Positions 42,444-51,462 are shown, counted from the first letter of the stretch. The stretch: 52,471 nucleotides of DNA from Eubacteriales bacterium (GCA_045124015.1 JBGVLA010000108.1:1-52471), one strand, 5' to 3'. Numbers and translations are program-made. Notes: a model not told the origin generated them from the sequence alone.

Positions 42444-43217
42444 TCATTCTGCTTTTTCAGAAGGATTTTCCTCAGCCGGGGGCGGACACGCGCCTCCGAC
42501 GTAGACCATCGTGAGAAGAGAGAACACGAGTGCCTGAACGAATCCCGAGAAGAGGTCGAAATAGATCGACAAGAACGCGGGGATACCTGCTTGGAAGATA
42601 GGAGGCATCACCGTGGCGATCGCCTCGGGAAGCCAAGAAAACAGCAGGTTTGAAAGTGCGGCAAGCGCGGCGTAGATAAGAGCCGTCAGAACCGAACCGC
42701 CCGCGACGTTACCGAAATGACGGAACGCCATGGAGATGGGCTGTGCGATCTCGCTGACGATATTCATCGGCGTCATGACGACGATAGGCTCCGTGAAGCC
42801 CTTGAGCCATGCCAAAAAGCCGAAATTTTTGATGTTATGATACCATACCAGCCCCGTCGTTACGAGCGCCCACGCAAGCGTTACGGAAAGATCCGCCGTC
42901 GTGGAACGGAAAAGCTGCGTCATACCGATGAGCGTACCGAAGATGGAGCAAAGGAAAAGCGTTCCGATATAGGGCGCAAATTTCAGATTATGCTTGCCCA
43001 TCGTATCCTCCACGAGGTTATAGAGCATCGTTACGAGCTTTTCCACGACAACCTGCGCCCTGCCGGGGCGTTTCGTGAGCTTTCGCGTCAGAAAATACGA
43101 AAGCGTGATCAGTAAGATCGTTACGACAAGGAGCGATACCGTGGTTTGTGTGATCTTGATACCGCCGAGAATCGGAATTTCAAAATATATTTTAGGGCCT
43201 GTTACCGAAAGATCCAT
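42444..43217 (-). CDS. atpB: ATP synthase Fo a
   Basis: TTADL, PISMAFRHFGN, QALVFSLLTMVY. Confidence 0.95.
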   Translation of the reverse strand: MDLSVTGPKIYFEIPILGGIKITQTTVSLLVVTILLITLSYFLTRKLTKRPGRAQVVVEKLVTMLYNLVEDTMGKHNLKFAPYIGTLFLCSIFGTLIGMTQLFRSTTADLSVTLAWALVTTGLVWYHNIKNFGFLAWLKGFTEPIVVMTPMNIVSEIAQPISMAFRHFGNVAGGSVLTALIYAALAALSNLLFSWLPEAIATVMPPIFQAGIPAFLSIYFDLFSGFVQALVFSLLTMVYVGGACPPPAEENPSEKAE

Positions 43218-43232
43218 ATATAGTCCCCTTTC

Positions 43233-43679
43233 TTATGCTTTTTTCTTACGAAATGCTTCTCGCGCCATCAAGATGGGGCGGAAAAGCAAGAGCGGAATGA
43301 CTGCCGGCAAGATCAAAGCGACCTTCAAAAGAACCGCCGCGACCAAAGCACCGAGCATCAAGATCTGGCGAAGAAGATACGAGGATTTCACAGCCTTCTG
43401 AATCTCCGCGGAATGCTGCAAAGCAAAAGCATCCGCCTCTTCTTCCGTCATCTCTTTGTTTCCGCGCATTTCCATCACGCGGTCGACCGCACGATTGACG
43501 GAAAACGAAAGAATCGCAAAATTCAGAACCGTTACCGCACTGCCGATCGCAGCACCTGTCAACACACGCCACTCAAATGCGCCAATTATAAGGTATACGC
43601 CGACAATGATGAGCGACGCCAAAAGCTCACCTGCGGCAAGAAACACAATATCGCCCAAAGGCATATTTTTCTTTTGCAA
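43233..43679 (-). CDS. atpI: ATP synthase protein I (UncI-like)
   Basis: Four hydrophobic segments directly upstream of atpB; TTG start after the AGGAAGG RBS. Confidence 0.7.
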   Translation of the reverse strand: MQKKNMPLGDIVFLAAGELLASLIIVGVYLIIGAFEWRVLTGAAIGSAVTVLNFAILSFSVNRAVDRVMEMRGNKEMTEEEADAFALQHSAEIQKAVKSSYLLRQILMLGALVAAVLLKVALILPAVIPLLLFRPILMAREAFRKKKA

Positions 43680-43713
43680 ACTTTGCCTTCCTTTCTCAAG
43701 CAGAGCGTCATGC

Positions 43714-43980
43714 TTACTTTTTTCTTTTCTTCGCTCGTTCTTCCTGTTCCTTTTCCAACCGCTCCAGCCCCGCAAGCGCGGTCAGTAAGAAGCGTATCAT
43801 GGAATAAAACCCGACGGCTACACCCAAAATAATCAAAACGGCATAGATCCAACCGTCCATTCCCGCTTTCTCCACCAAAAGCCACGAAACAAGGATCGAA
43901 AGCCCGATGGGAGTCAAAAGATTAAAAAAAGATTGTATGACAATATTCAAGGCTTGCATCGCATTCATAAATGAATTCAT
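43714..43980 (-). CDS. AtpZ/AtpI-family small membrane protein
   Basis: Two TM helices (PIGLSILVSWLL; LIILGVAVGFYSM); first gene of the atp operon. Confidence 0.72.
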   Translation of the reverse strand: MNSFMNAMQALNIVIQSFFNLLTPIGLSILVSWLLVEKAGMDGWIYAVLIILGVAVGFYSMIRFLLTALAGLERLEKEQEERAKKRKK

Positions 43981-44149
43981 CGCGTTACCTCTCGTATTTG
44001 TTTTATCATAATAGAATTAGTTTACCATATAACAAGCAAAAAATCAAGCATTTATGCACGAATTTGATAGAAAGTTTTACACATTATTCATTTCTTTTGT
44101 TCCTTTTTGACAAAATGAATCAAAATGGAATCCAGAGGAAATTCGAATG

Positions 44150-44180
44150 CAAAAAGCCGACGGATTTTTCCGTCGGCTCA
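44150..44180 (-). terminator. Terminator after GH43
   Basis: AGCCGACGGA/TCCGTCGGCT stem with a minus-strand U-tract. Confidence 0.7.
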
Positions 44181-44241
44181 AGATCATTTGTTTTTTCAAA
44201 TGTCATCCATATTCTTCGAGCAAACACAGGAAGAAAGGACT

Positions 44242-45756
44242 TTACAAAAGTGCTTTTGCCGCAACGCGAGTTACGGCGATCTCGCCATTTTCGCTGAAAA
44301 TTCCCCAATACGTTCCCGTAAAGGTCATGGTGTGTGTGATCTCTGTGCAAAGCAATGCCGTCTTACCACGTCCCAACTCCACGAAATCGTCATTTTTTTC
44401 ATAATAAAACGCATAACATTCTTCATCGCTCGTAATTTTCAGTTGGATCGATCCTTGATAATCGATCGCATGACGTGCAACAATGACGTCAATATCCGCG
44501 ATGCGCTTACGCAGGCATACGTAATGCTGACCATCGGCTTCTTTCGTGAGCAGAACGTCGTAATGATAATCACTGTTATAAAACGCGGTCAGTCCCGAGC
44601 ATTGACCGATCTGCACATCGCCTTCCAGCTTCGCAACCATTTCCATGCAAAAAGCCTGCTGGCGAACGGCGATCATGGTCGGATGTTCACGAAACGCAGA
44701 AATTCCGATCTCATCGCCCATCAGCACCAAGCGTCCACGCTCTAAGCGGTAACGATCACGTCTCGGATTGCGAACAAAATTCCAACGCAAATGCAATTTG
44801 TCATCCTCGAAATCATCCTCGAAATCAAGGCTCACGGGACACGGCGCAGGACCGGGAAGCTCACCTTCCATTTCGAAGTCGAGCACACCGCCCTCCCCTA
44901 CCGTCGGCCAACCGTCCTCATGCCATGTGAACGGCGCAAGGAACGTTTCTCGCCCGAGATTGTGGAGCATGACTCTCGGCAGCGGACGAACGCCAAGACA
45001 TACGAGCCACCAGTTTCCGTTTTGGTCCTCCACGATATCGGCATGACCCACTGCCTGAATGGGACGGGCAGGTTCATCACGATGCGAAAGTATCGGATTG
45101 TGCGGACATTTTTCATAAGGTCCGTAAATATCCTTTGCGCGTTGCATCGTTACCATATGACCATATTCCGTTCCGCCCTCCGCCAGCATCAGATAATACC
45201 AGCCATCCCGCTTATAAAGATGCGGTGCTTCGGCACATCTTCCGCCGCAACCGACAGAAATAAGGCGCGAATGTGAAAGCATCTCACCCGTAAAGGGATC
45301 GATCGCACAAAGGAAGATTCCCCATCCATCCTCACGATTTTCCGAACCGTTGGAAACGAAATAGCAAGTGCCGTCATCATCCCAGAAAAGAGAGGGATCG
45401 ATACCGCCCTGCTTGACCCACGCAGGCTCGCTCCACTTACCGTAGATATCTTTGGTATGCACGATAAAATTTCCGCCGCGGGTTACGTTCGTCGTGGTCA
45501 TAAAAAAGACGCCGTCATGATATCGAAGCGTTGGCGCATAAACACCGCTTGAAGGCTTGCCATGATGCAGAGAAAGTTGGCTATCCTCGGTCAAGCAATA
45601 ATGGATCAGCTCCCAGTTGATCAGATTTTTGCTGTGATAAATCGGAACGCCGGGAAAAAACTCAAACGTAGACGTGATGAGATAAAAATCCTCACCAACA
45701 CGGCAAATGCTCGGATCGGGATGAAAGCCCGAAAGAATCGGATTTTCATATTTCAT
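44242..45756 (-). CDS. GH43 beta-xylosidase/alpha-L-arabinofuranosidase
   Basis: NPILSGFHPDPSICRVG, APTLRYHDG, GIDPSLFWD, EAPHLYK, AEGGT, GHADIV, LGRETFL plus a C-terminal ConA-like domain. Confidence 0.94.
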   Translation of the reverse strand: MKYENPILSGFHPDPSICRVGEDFYLITSTFEFFPGVPIYHSKNLINWELIHYCLTEDSQLSLHHGKPSSGVYAPTLRYHDGVFFMTTTNVTRGGNFIVHTKDIYGKWSEPAWVKQGGIDPSLFWDDDGTCYFVSNGSENREDGWGIFLCAIDPFTGEMLSHSRLISVGCGGRCAEAPHLYKRDGWYYLMLAEGGTEYGHMVTMQRAKDIYGPYEKCPHNPILSHRDEPARPIQAVGHADIVEDQNGNWWLVCLGVRPLPRVMLHNLGRETFLAPFTWHEDGWPTVGEGGVLDFEMEGELPGPAPCPVSLDFEDDFEDDKLHLRWNFVRNPRRDRYRLERGRLVLMGDEIGISAFREHPTMIAVRQQAFCMEMVAKLEGDVQIGQCSGLTAFYNSDYHYDVLLTKEADGQHYVCLRKRIADIDVIVARHAIDYQGSIQLKITSDEECYAFYYEKNDDFVELGRGKTALLCTEITHTMTFTGTYWGIFSENGEIAVTRVAAKALL

Positions 45757-45869
45757 ATGTCAGTCCTCCTGAAGTAAATTCTTTTTTCTATATTTTATCA
45801 AAACTACAAATGGAAGTCAAGAAAAACGCGAAATCTCGTATTCGATGAAAACATTTTTCGCATCCGTCT

Positions 45870-46538
45870 TCAATTTCTTTTTCCGACAAGCTTCATGAGC
45901 GTTTCTCCGGAATCGATATATTCCGTTGCGATCTCTCGGATCTTCTCTTGACCGAAATTAAAGCGGTCATAGACACCCACCGTCGGCATGCCGATCTTCA
46001 CAGCCGTTTCGATCGCCACCAAGGAATCCTCAAACACCCATGTGTTTGCAATATCTTCCCCCAAAAAGTCCGCCGCAAGCAAGAAAACATCCGGCTCGCT
46101 CTTGCCTTTTCCAATCGTGCCACAAGAAAAAATCTTCGAAAAATAGTTCTCTATTCCGCAATGCACGAGTGCAAGCTCAATCAGATCGGGGGCGGTTGCG
46201 GACGCAATACACATTTTGACCCCTTGGCTTCTGCAATATTCCAAAAAGTCCAAAACGCCGTCCTTTAATTCCACCTCTTCATTATAAAAATCGATCATCA
46301 CCTGAGTTGCGCGCATAAACAAGGCATCCGCGCTTTCCCCAAGTCCGTAATTTGCATGAATCAACGCCATCGCATCCTTCAAGGTAAGTGTCCGAACCTT
46401 TTTATCGTCCTCCGCACTGGGAAGAAACTGCGGATCGCCCAAGTATTCCGCTCCAACTTTTGCCCACAATACGTTCCAAACCTTCAAGGAATCGACAAGT
46501 GTTCCGTCCATATCAAAAATTGCCGCTTTGAGTTCCAT
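45870..46538 (-). CDS. HAD-superfamily phosphatase
   Basis: AIFDMDGTLVDS, IASAT, GKSEPDVF, VFEDS; TTGACA-17-TATCAT promoter upstream. Confidence 0.92.
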   Translation of the reverse strand: MELKAAIFDMDGTLVDSLKVWNVLWAKVGAEYLGDPQFLPSAEDDKKVRTLTLKDAMALIHANYGLGESADALFMRATQVMIDFYNEEVELKDGVLDFLEYCRSQGVKMCIASATAPDLIELALVHCGIENYFSKIFSCGTIGKGKSEPDVFLLAADFLGEDIANTWVFEDSLVAIETAVKIGMPTVGVYDRFNFGQEKIREIATEYIDSGETLMKLVGKRN

Positions 46539-46654
46539 ATGCAATCTCCCTTTATTGAACTTTATATTTTATAATCATTATCATCACAGCCCACTGCCTA
46601 TTTAGATTTTATGATATCACAAATTTGTGGATTTGTCAATGAAGCATTCGCTCC

Positions 46655-46724
46655 GCGGTCGGTTCGAGGGATAGGGGGTGCCTCCAAAACGAAAAAGCAC
46701 CCCTTTCGGGATGCTTCGTTTTGG
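46655..46724. repeat. 70-bp direct repeat (terminator + inverted tRNA-Cys 3'-end copy), copy A
   Basis: Differs from 47534-47604 by only 2 substitutions and 1 indel. Confidence 0.9.
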
Positions 46725-47381
46725 CACGAGTTGACGAAAAAGATGCCTATGAATATTTAGTTTCGTCAAGCGGTGTTAGATCAAAATGGTGATGCTCGAT
46801 TTTTCCATAAATAGACCAGGTCTGATCAATTTTATCTGCCGGAAGCTCTGTCGGATTTCCATCACTGTCAGTTGTTGCCCAAATTAATCGCTCAGCTTGT
46901 ATCCAAGAGGATTCCTTTTTGAGTTCATCAATATGGTCAATGCTTTGATCTCCCCATTTGTCATCCTCAATCCACAGAAATTGCCCATTTTCAAGCAAAA
47001 GCAATACACTGCCCATAATCTCACTTACAAACCCCATGGCAACGCGAATGTTTATATCCATGTGGTGTACGGCAATAAAACGGAGAATAACACTACCCTC
47101 TAACTCATCATACTTTAAGAAAAGTTCCGCAGTATAACGATCGGGCATATAATTAACACGTTCAATTTTGAAATCGTGAAAATGCCAATTGCACTCCATA
47201 AAATTTTGAATACCTTTTTCTGAATGCTCAACTTCATACCAAACAGCCATGTCATCACTCCTTTCCAAAAATTATATCACATGTTCTGATATTTTTCAAT
47301 ATTTACCGCAAAAGTTAAATGTTAAAGGTTCACATCTACTCCCTTGCCCAAAAATGCCCATTGGCATCTTTTTTGTCAACA
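46725..47381. mobile_element. Putative non-autonomous single-gene cassette inserted at a tRNA-Cys 3'-end copy
   Basis: 18-bp inverted repeats GTTGACGAAAAAGATGCC (46730-46747) / GGCATCTTTTTTGTCAAC (47363-47380) and flanking 8-bp direct repeat CGTTTTGG (46717-46724, 47382-47389); AT-richer cargo; no recombinase inside. Confidence 0.65.
46747..47250 (-). CDS. Hypothetical protein (cassette cargo, ~167 aa)
   Basis: GAAAGGAG RBS, own TTGAAA-17-TATAAT promoter (47299-47271), stop codon overlaps the left inverted repeat; no recognised family. Confidence 0.8.
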   Translation of the reverse strand: MAVWYEVEHSEKGIQNFMECNWHFHDFKIERVNYMPDRYTAELFLKYDELEGSVILRFIAVHHMDINIRVAMGFVSEIMGSVLLLLENGQFLWIEDDKWGDQSIDHIDELKKESSWIQAERLIWATTDSDGNPTELPADKIDQTWSIYGKIEHHHFDLTPLDETKYS

Positions 47382-47533
47382 CGTTTTGGAGGCACCTCCT
47401 CCCCAATCGCATAGTCGTTTCACGCGCGAAGACAAGCTTCACTTCTGAAACTCCTTGCTTTGTGGGGTATCGCGTCGAGAAAACGCCATAACATGGCGTT
47501 TTCTCTTGCTCACTCAGAATGAACTGCCGCTTT

Positions 47534-47601
47534 GCGGTCGGTTCGAGGGATAGGGTGGTGTCTCCAAAACGAAAAAGCATCCCTTTCGGGATGCTTCGTT
47601 T

Positions 47602-47604
<3 letters not shown>
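47534..47604. repeat. 70-bp direct repeat, copy B (tRNA-Cys terminator + inverted 3'-end copy)
   Basis: Starts at the CCA of tRNA-Cys on the minus strand; AAGCATCCC-GAAA-GGGATGCTT hairpin extended by GGAGACACCACCC, which pairs with the tRNA 3' strand. Confidence 0.9.
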
Positions 47605-47676
<72 letters not shown>

Positions 47677-47795
47677 GGAATATGGCTTTTTCGCCATATA
47701 AAGATATGAAAAAGAAAAAAGTGAAAAGCATCAACACTCTCGGGGGGAGCTTTACTTTTCACCGTGAGCATTTTCACCTGCTCCAAGAATGATAA

Positions 47796-47871
47796 TGGAG
47801 CGGATTACGGGGCTCGAACCCGCCACCTCGACCTTGGCAAGGTCGCGCTCTACCAAATGAGCTAAATCCGC
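47796..47871 (-). tRNA. tRNA-Gly(GCC)
   Basis: Identical to 32975-33050. Confidence 0.97.
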
Positions 47872-47877
47872 ATAAGA

Positions 47878-47953
47878 TGGTGCCTCCGATCGGAATCGAA
47901 CCAACGACACGGGGATTTTCAGTCCCCTGCTCTACCAACTGAGCTACAGAGGC
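47878..47953 (-). tRNA. tRNA-Phe(GAA)
   Basis: Anticodon loop CTGAAAA, TTCGA T-loop, CCA end. Confidence 0.97.
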
Positions 47954-47996
47954 AAACCTTACATAAAAAATTGACCTTTCGGTCAGTCTTTTATAT

Positions 47997-48073
47997 TGGC
48001 GACCCGAAGGGGACTCGAACCCCTGACCTCTAGCGTGACAGGCTAGCGTTCTAACCAACTGAACTACCGGGCC
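47997..48073 (-). tRNA. tRNA-Asp(GTC)
   Basis: Anticodon loop CTGTCAC, CCA end. Confidence 0.97.
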
Positions 48074-48077
48074 AAAA

Positions 48078-48153
48078 TGGTGGGAACAATAGGGCTCGAA
48101 CCTATGACCCTCTGCTTGTAAGGCAGATGCTCTCCCAGCTGAGCTATGCTCCC
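48078..48153 (-). tRNA. tRNA-Val(TAC)
   Basis: Anticodon loop CTTACAA, CCA end. Confidence 0.97.
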
Positions 48154-48187
48154 ATTTTGCTTGGGCTGTTGCCCTTGCGTGATACCT

Positions 48188-48216
48188 ATCATACCACAAC
48201 TTTTTTTATTTGTCAA
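48188..48216 (-). promoter_or_regulatory. Promoter of the Val-Asp-Phe-Gly-Cys tRNA operon
   Basis: TTGACA-17-TATGAT with TG extension and an A-rich UP element. Confidence 0.8.
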
Positions 48217-48433
48217 TACCTTTTTGAAAGTTTTTTCGTTTTTTTCAAAAAAGTTTTTCACCCCAAAATCAGGGAAAAATCCATATGATCTCCCCCCTGT
48301 TTTGCATGAGCAAAATGAGTATTTCCTTTGGTCATTCTAAATCGATTTTTCTCTCATTAAATGTGAAAAACATCCCCCCCTAAAAAGCCGATCAACTTTT
48401 TTCGAATTTTTTCAACTTTTTTCAAAAAACCTA

Positions 48434-48462
48434 TTGACAAATGCAAAACACCGTGATATAAT
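48434..48462 (+). promoter_or_regulatory. Promoter of the Met-Glu tRNA operon
   Basis: Perfect TTGACA-17-TATAAT with TG extension. Confidence 0.85.
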
Positions 48463-48503
48463 AGTCGAGCAATCAACCGAACAGCAGTGTTCAAGAGATG
48501 TAT

Positions 48504-48580
48504 GGCGGAATAGCTCAGTTGGCTAGAGCGCTCGGTTCATACCCGAAAGGTCGTGGGTTCAAATCCAACTTCCGCTACCA
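48504..48580 (+). tRNA. tRNA-Met(CAT), elongator type
   Basis: GGCGGAA...TTCCGCTACCA, anticodon loop TTCATAC; lacks the initiator GGG/CCC anticodon stem. Confidence 0.92.
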
Positions 48581-48604
48581 TGGCAACTACGGTTGCCATC
48601 GTTT

Positions 48605-48679
48605 GGCCCGGTGGTCAAGCGGCTAAGACACCGCCCTTTCACGGCGGTAACACGGGTTCGATTCCCGTCCGGGTCACCA
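48605..48679 (+). tRNA. tRNA-Glu(TTC)
   Basis: Anticodon loop CTTTCAC, CCA end. Confidence 0.97.
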
Positions 48680-48721
48680 AAACAAAAAGACAGGTACGTA
48701 AGTATCTGTCTTTTTGTTTTT
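48679..48721 (+). terminator. Terminator after tRNA-Glu
   Basis: AAAACAAAAAGACAGGTAC-gtaa-GTATCTGTCTTTTTGTTTT. Confidence 0.8.
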
Positions 48722-48735
48722 ATGAATCAGAAAAT

Positions 48736-48798
48736 GAGGGGAATCGAAGAAAGCGGTAGTGAATGACAGCCTAAATGGCTGTCAGAGCCGCGACGACC
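48736..48798 (+). repeat. tRNA-associated REP-like hairpin element
   Basis: GGGAATCGAA (antisense to the tRNA-Glu T-arm), then GCGG...TGACAGCC-taaat-GGCTGTCA...CCGC. Confidence 0.5.
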
Positions 48799-48910
48799 AA
48801 ATTCTCGCTACTACTTTTTCCGTTATTTTTTCAAGAAAACGCTTTACTTTTTTATGTTCTTCCTATATAATATGGGCAAAGAAATTTTTTATATAAAGGA
48901 GAACTTCAAA

Positions 48911-50044
48911 ATGTTAGCAAAAACACCGCCGATGGGTTGGAACTCATGGAACACGTTCGGAGAAAAGATCAACGAGCAGATGATTATGGAAATGGCTGAT
49001 TTCATGGTCGAAAAAGGACTTTTGGATGCAGGCTATGAATATCTCGTCATTGACGATTGCTGGTCGGAAAAGAAGCGCGACGAAAACGGAAATCTCGTGG
49101 CTGACCACGAAAAATTCCCTCACGGTATGAAATATGTTGCCGATTACGTTCACTCCAAGGGTCTGAAATTCGGTATGTATTCCTGCTGCGGTCCGCTCAC
49201 CTGTGCAGGCTATCCCGGTAGCTTCGGTCATGAATTCGAAGATGCAAAATTCTTCGCTGAGGTCGGCATCGATCTTCTCAAATACGATAACTGCTATCAT
49301 CCCTCCGCATCCAACAGACTTGGTTATAACCGTATGTCCATGGCGCTCAAGGCAAGCGGCAGAGAGATCCTCTTCTCTGCTTGTAACTGGGGCAACGAAA
49401 AGGTTTGGGAATGGGCACGTTCCGCAGGCATCCATATGTATCGCTCCACAGGTGATATCTTTGATTCCTTTGAATCCATTTGCCGTCTTTCCGAAAGCCA
49501 AAAGCCCAATCTCGGTTATTCGGGTGTTGGTTGCTTCAACGACATCGATATGCTCGTCGTTGGCATGAAGGGCAAAGGCAACGTCGGTATCGAAAGCGGT
49601 TGCACCGATGCACAGTATCGTTATCATTTTGCGATCTGGTGTATGTTCATGTCGCCGCTCATGATCGGTTGCGACATTCGTGAGCTTTCCGATGAGACCT
49701 ATGCGCTTCTCACAAACAAGGATCTTATCGCCATCAACCAGGATGAAGAAGCGCGTCCGCCTATCTTCGTGCGCGATAACCGCGGTCAGCATGATAATAC
49801 CATCTGCTTTAAGCACCTCGCAAACGGTGAATACGCCATCGCATTCTTTAACCCCTCCGAAAAGCGCAGAAAGATCATGCTTCCTTATTATGAAATCGGT
49901 CTTGATCCGCTTTGCGGTTATGGTTTCGAGGTCAAGGATTGCTTTACAGGCGAAAATCTCGGCGTACACAAAGAATATCTGGATATGTATGTCGAGGCAG
50001 GCGATTGCCGCGTATTCCGTGCTAAGCTCGTTTCGGTGAAATAA
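48911..50044 (+). CDS. GH27 alpha-galactosidase
   Basis: AKTPPMGWNSWN, YLVIDDCW, HSKGLKFGMY, LLKYDNC, RSTGDI, FNDIDML; AAGGAG RBS. Confidence 0.95.
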   Translation: MLAKTPPMGWNSWNTFGEKINEQMIMEMADFMVEKGLLDAGYEYLVIDDCWSEKKRDENGNLVADHEKFPHGMKYVADYVHSKGLKFGMYSCCGPLTCAGYPGSFGHEFEDAKFFAEVGIDLLKYDNCYHPSASNRLGYNRMSMALKASGREILFSACNWGNEKVWEWARSAGIHMYRSTGDIFDSFESICRLSESQKPNLGYSGVGCFNDIDMLVVGMKGKGNVGIESGCTDAQYRYHFAIWCMFMSPLMIGCDIRELSDETYALLTNKDLIAINQDEEARPPIFVRDNRGQHDNTICFKHLANGEYAIAFFNPSEKRRKIMLPYYEIGLDPLCGYGFEVKDCFTGENLGVHKEYLDMYVEAGDCRVFRAKLVSVK

Positions 50045-50235
50045 TGCTCTTTTGTATGCAATGTGAAAAGCGGCTCACCTCAGATGAAATTGCCATCTAT
50101 CGCCGTTTGATCTACCGCGATGCGGAAGAATATCTCTGCAAAGCCTGTCTTGCCGAAAAGATGAAGACCACGGAAACGGAGATCGAACGCAAGATCGAGC
50201 ATTTCAAAAGCATTGGTTGTACCCTTTTTTCATAA
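50044..50235 (+). CDS. Small Cys-rich (putative Zn-binding) hypothetical protein
   Basis: CMQC...CKAC plus a terminal GCTLF; TAATG stop/start overlap with GH27. Confidence 0.78.
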   Translation: MLFCMQCEKRLTSDEIAIYRRLIYRDAEEYLCKACLAEKMKTTETEIERKIEHFKSIGCTLFS

Positions 50236-50354
50236 ATGAAACACATGAGGTCAAGGAGGCGATGCCTCCTTGCACTTCTTTTTGCATCCTTTTTCTTGGT
50301 GGCAAGAAAAAGGATGTGTTCACAGAAAATTTGAAAATGAACGCATACCGCCTC

Positions 50355-50383
50355 TTGACTTGTATTGCAAGTTGGAGTATAAT
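50355..50383 (+). promoter_or_regulatory. Sigma-A promoter
   Basis: TTGACT-17-TATAAT upstream of the hypothetical gene and rnpB. Confidence 0.65.
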
Positions 50384-50514
50384 AGATATGTTAACATTTT
50401 TCTTGTGAAATCAGAAAAAGAATATATCTGCGCAAGATCCATTCGACTACGCAATGACAGCGCGCGGAACATATTTTCACGCAATGCGAAGCATTGCACA
50501 ATGGAGGTGGTTAT

Positions 50515-51462
50515 ATGGCGGAAACATGGGAAGATTTCGGTGAACTTGCCAAAGAAGAGCGATATCAAGCGAAATCAAAGCTCGGCAAATTCTTCAGTTT
50601 CCGAACACTCAAAAAATTTCTGAAGCTTCTGATATATATACTCGTTCTTGTGGTTTACGGACTTCTTTTCTTCCGACTTTGCACAGGCAAACCGCCGAAA
50701 ACACTCTCCGAGATCCTTTGGACCGAGTCTGTTCATCAAGCATATACCGAAGACAAAGAAAATTTCTTCGTTTACGAACAAGAGCCTATCGAAAGCATGG
50801 CAAAGGACGGCTATTTCAGCATCTCCGATATTCGTTATATCCCGAATGCAAGCTCCTTCCAGCTCACAGTGCGTTATAACAACAGCTCCATTGAAGCGCT
50901 CGAAAAAGCTTTGATCGAAAAAGAAACGGTTGCTCGCAGAAATGCCTTGAAGGAAGCATATCCGTCTCTCTCTGAAACGGAGCTGGAAGAAAAGCTTTCT
51001 GCTTCTCTTGCGGAAGATCCCATCGTCATCGATGACCTTGGAACACTTCCGTTCGTATTCGTTCTTCGTGATGATTACGGCAATGTGTATTCGGAATACA
51101 GCTATATTCACGATTCCAAGACCGTATATCAATATATGCGTATTTCTTATGAAAACGTAGCGCTTTTCGGCTCGGGTGAACAGATTGCCCCCGAAAAGAA
51201 TTATCCAACGCCCGACACTTCTATGCCCGGTTATATTTATAAGGGCACGAACGAAAGCGACGGCAAAGAGGTCCATTATCTCTATTTGGATATGTATTAT
51301 GCAAATGACGTTGATGTATACAGTGAAACCTTTGCATATCCGCTTCAGGTCTATACGGAAACCTCCGATCTTACGCATTATGAGTATGAAGATGAGATCA
51401 AGAGCGCACCCGTAAGTGATTTGACCGTGGTCAATATCCCGAGCAAAGCAAAAGAAAACTAA
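50515..51462 (+). CDS. Hypothetical membrane-anchored protein
   Basis: GGAGG RBS, one N-terminal TM (LLIYILVLVVYGLLFFRL), large soluble domain. Confidence 0.8.
   Translation: MAETWEDFGELAKEERYQAKSKLGKFFSFRTLKKFLKLLIYILVLVVYGLLFFRLCTGKPPKTLSEILWTESVHQAYTEDKENFFVYEQEPIESMAKDGYFSISDIRYIPNASSFQLTVRYNNSSIEALEKALIEKETVARRNALKEAYPSLSETELEEKLSASLAEDPIVIDDLGTLPFVFVLRDDYGNVYSEYSYIHDSKTVYQYMRISYENVALFGSGEQIAPEKNYPTPDTSMPGYIYKGTNESDGKEVHYLYLDMYYANDVDVYSETFAYPLQVYTETSDLTHYEYEDEIKSAPVSDLTVVNIPSKAKEN

Noticed and set aside
46560-46605. Fluoride riboswitch upstream of the HAD phosphatase
   Set aside because: Only a vague GGCAGTGG...TGATGA resemblance; the required pseudoknot pairings are absent.
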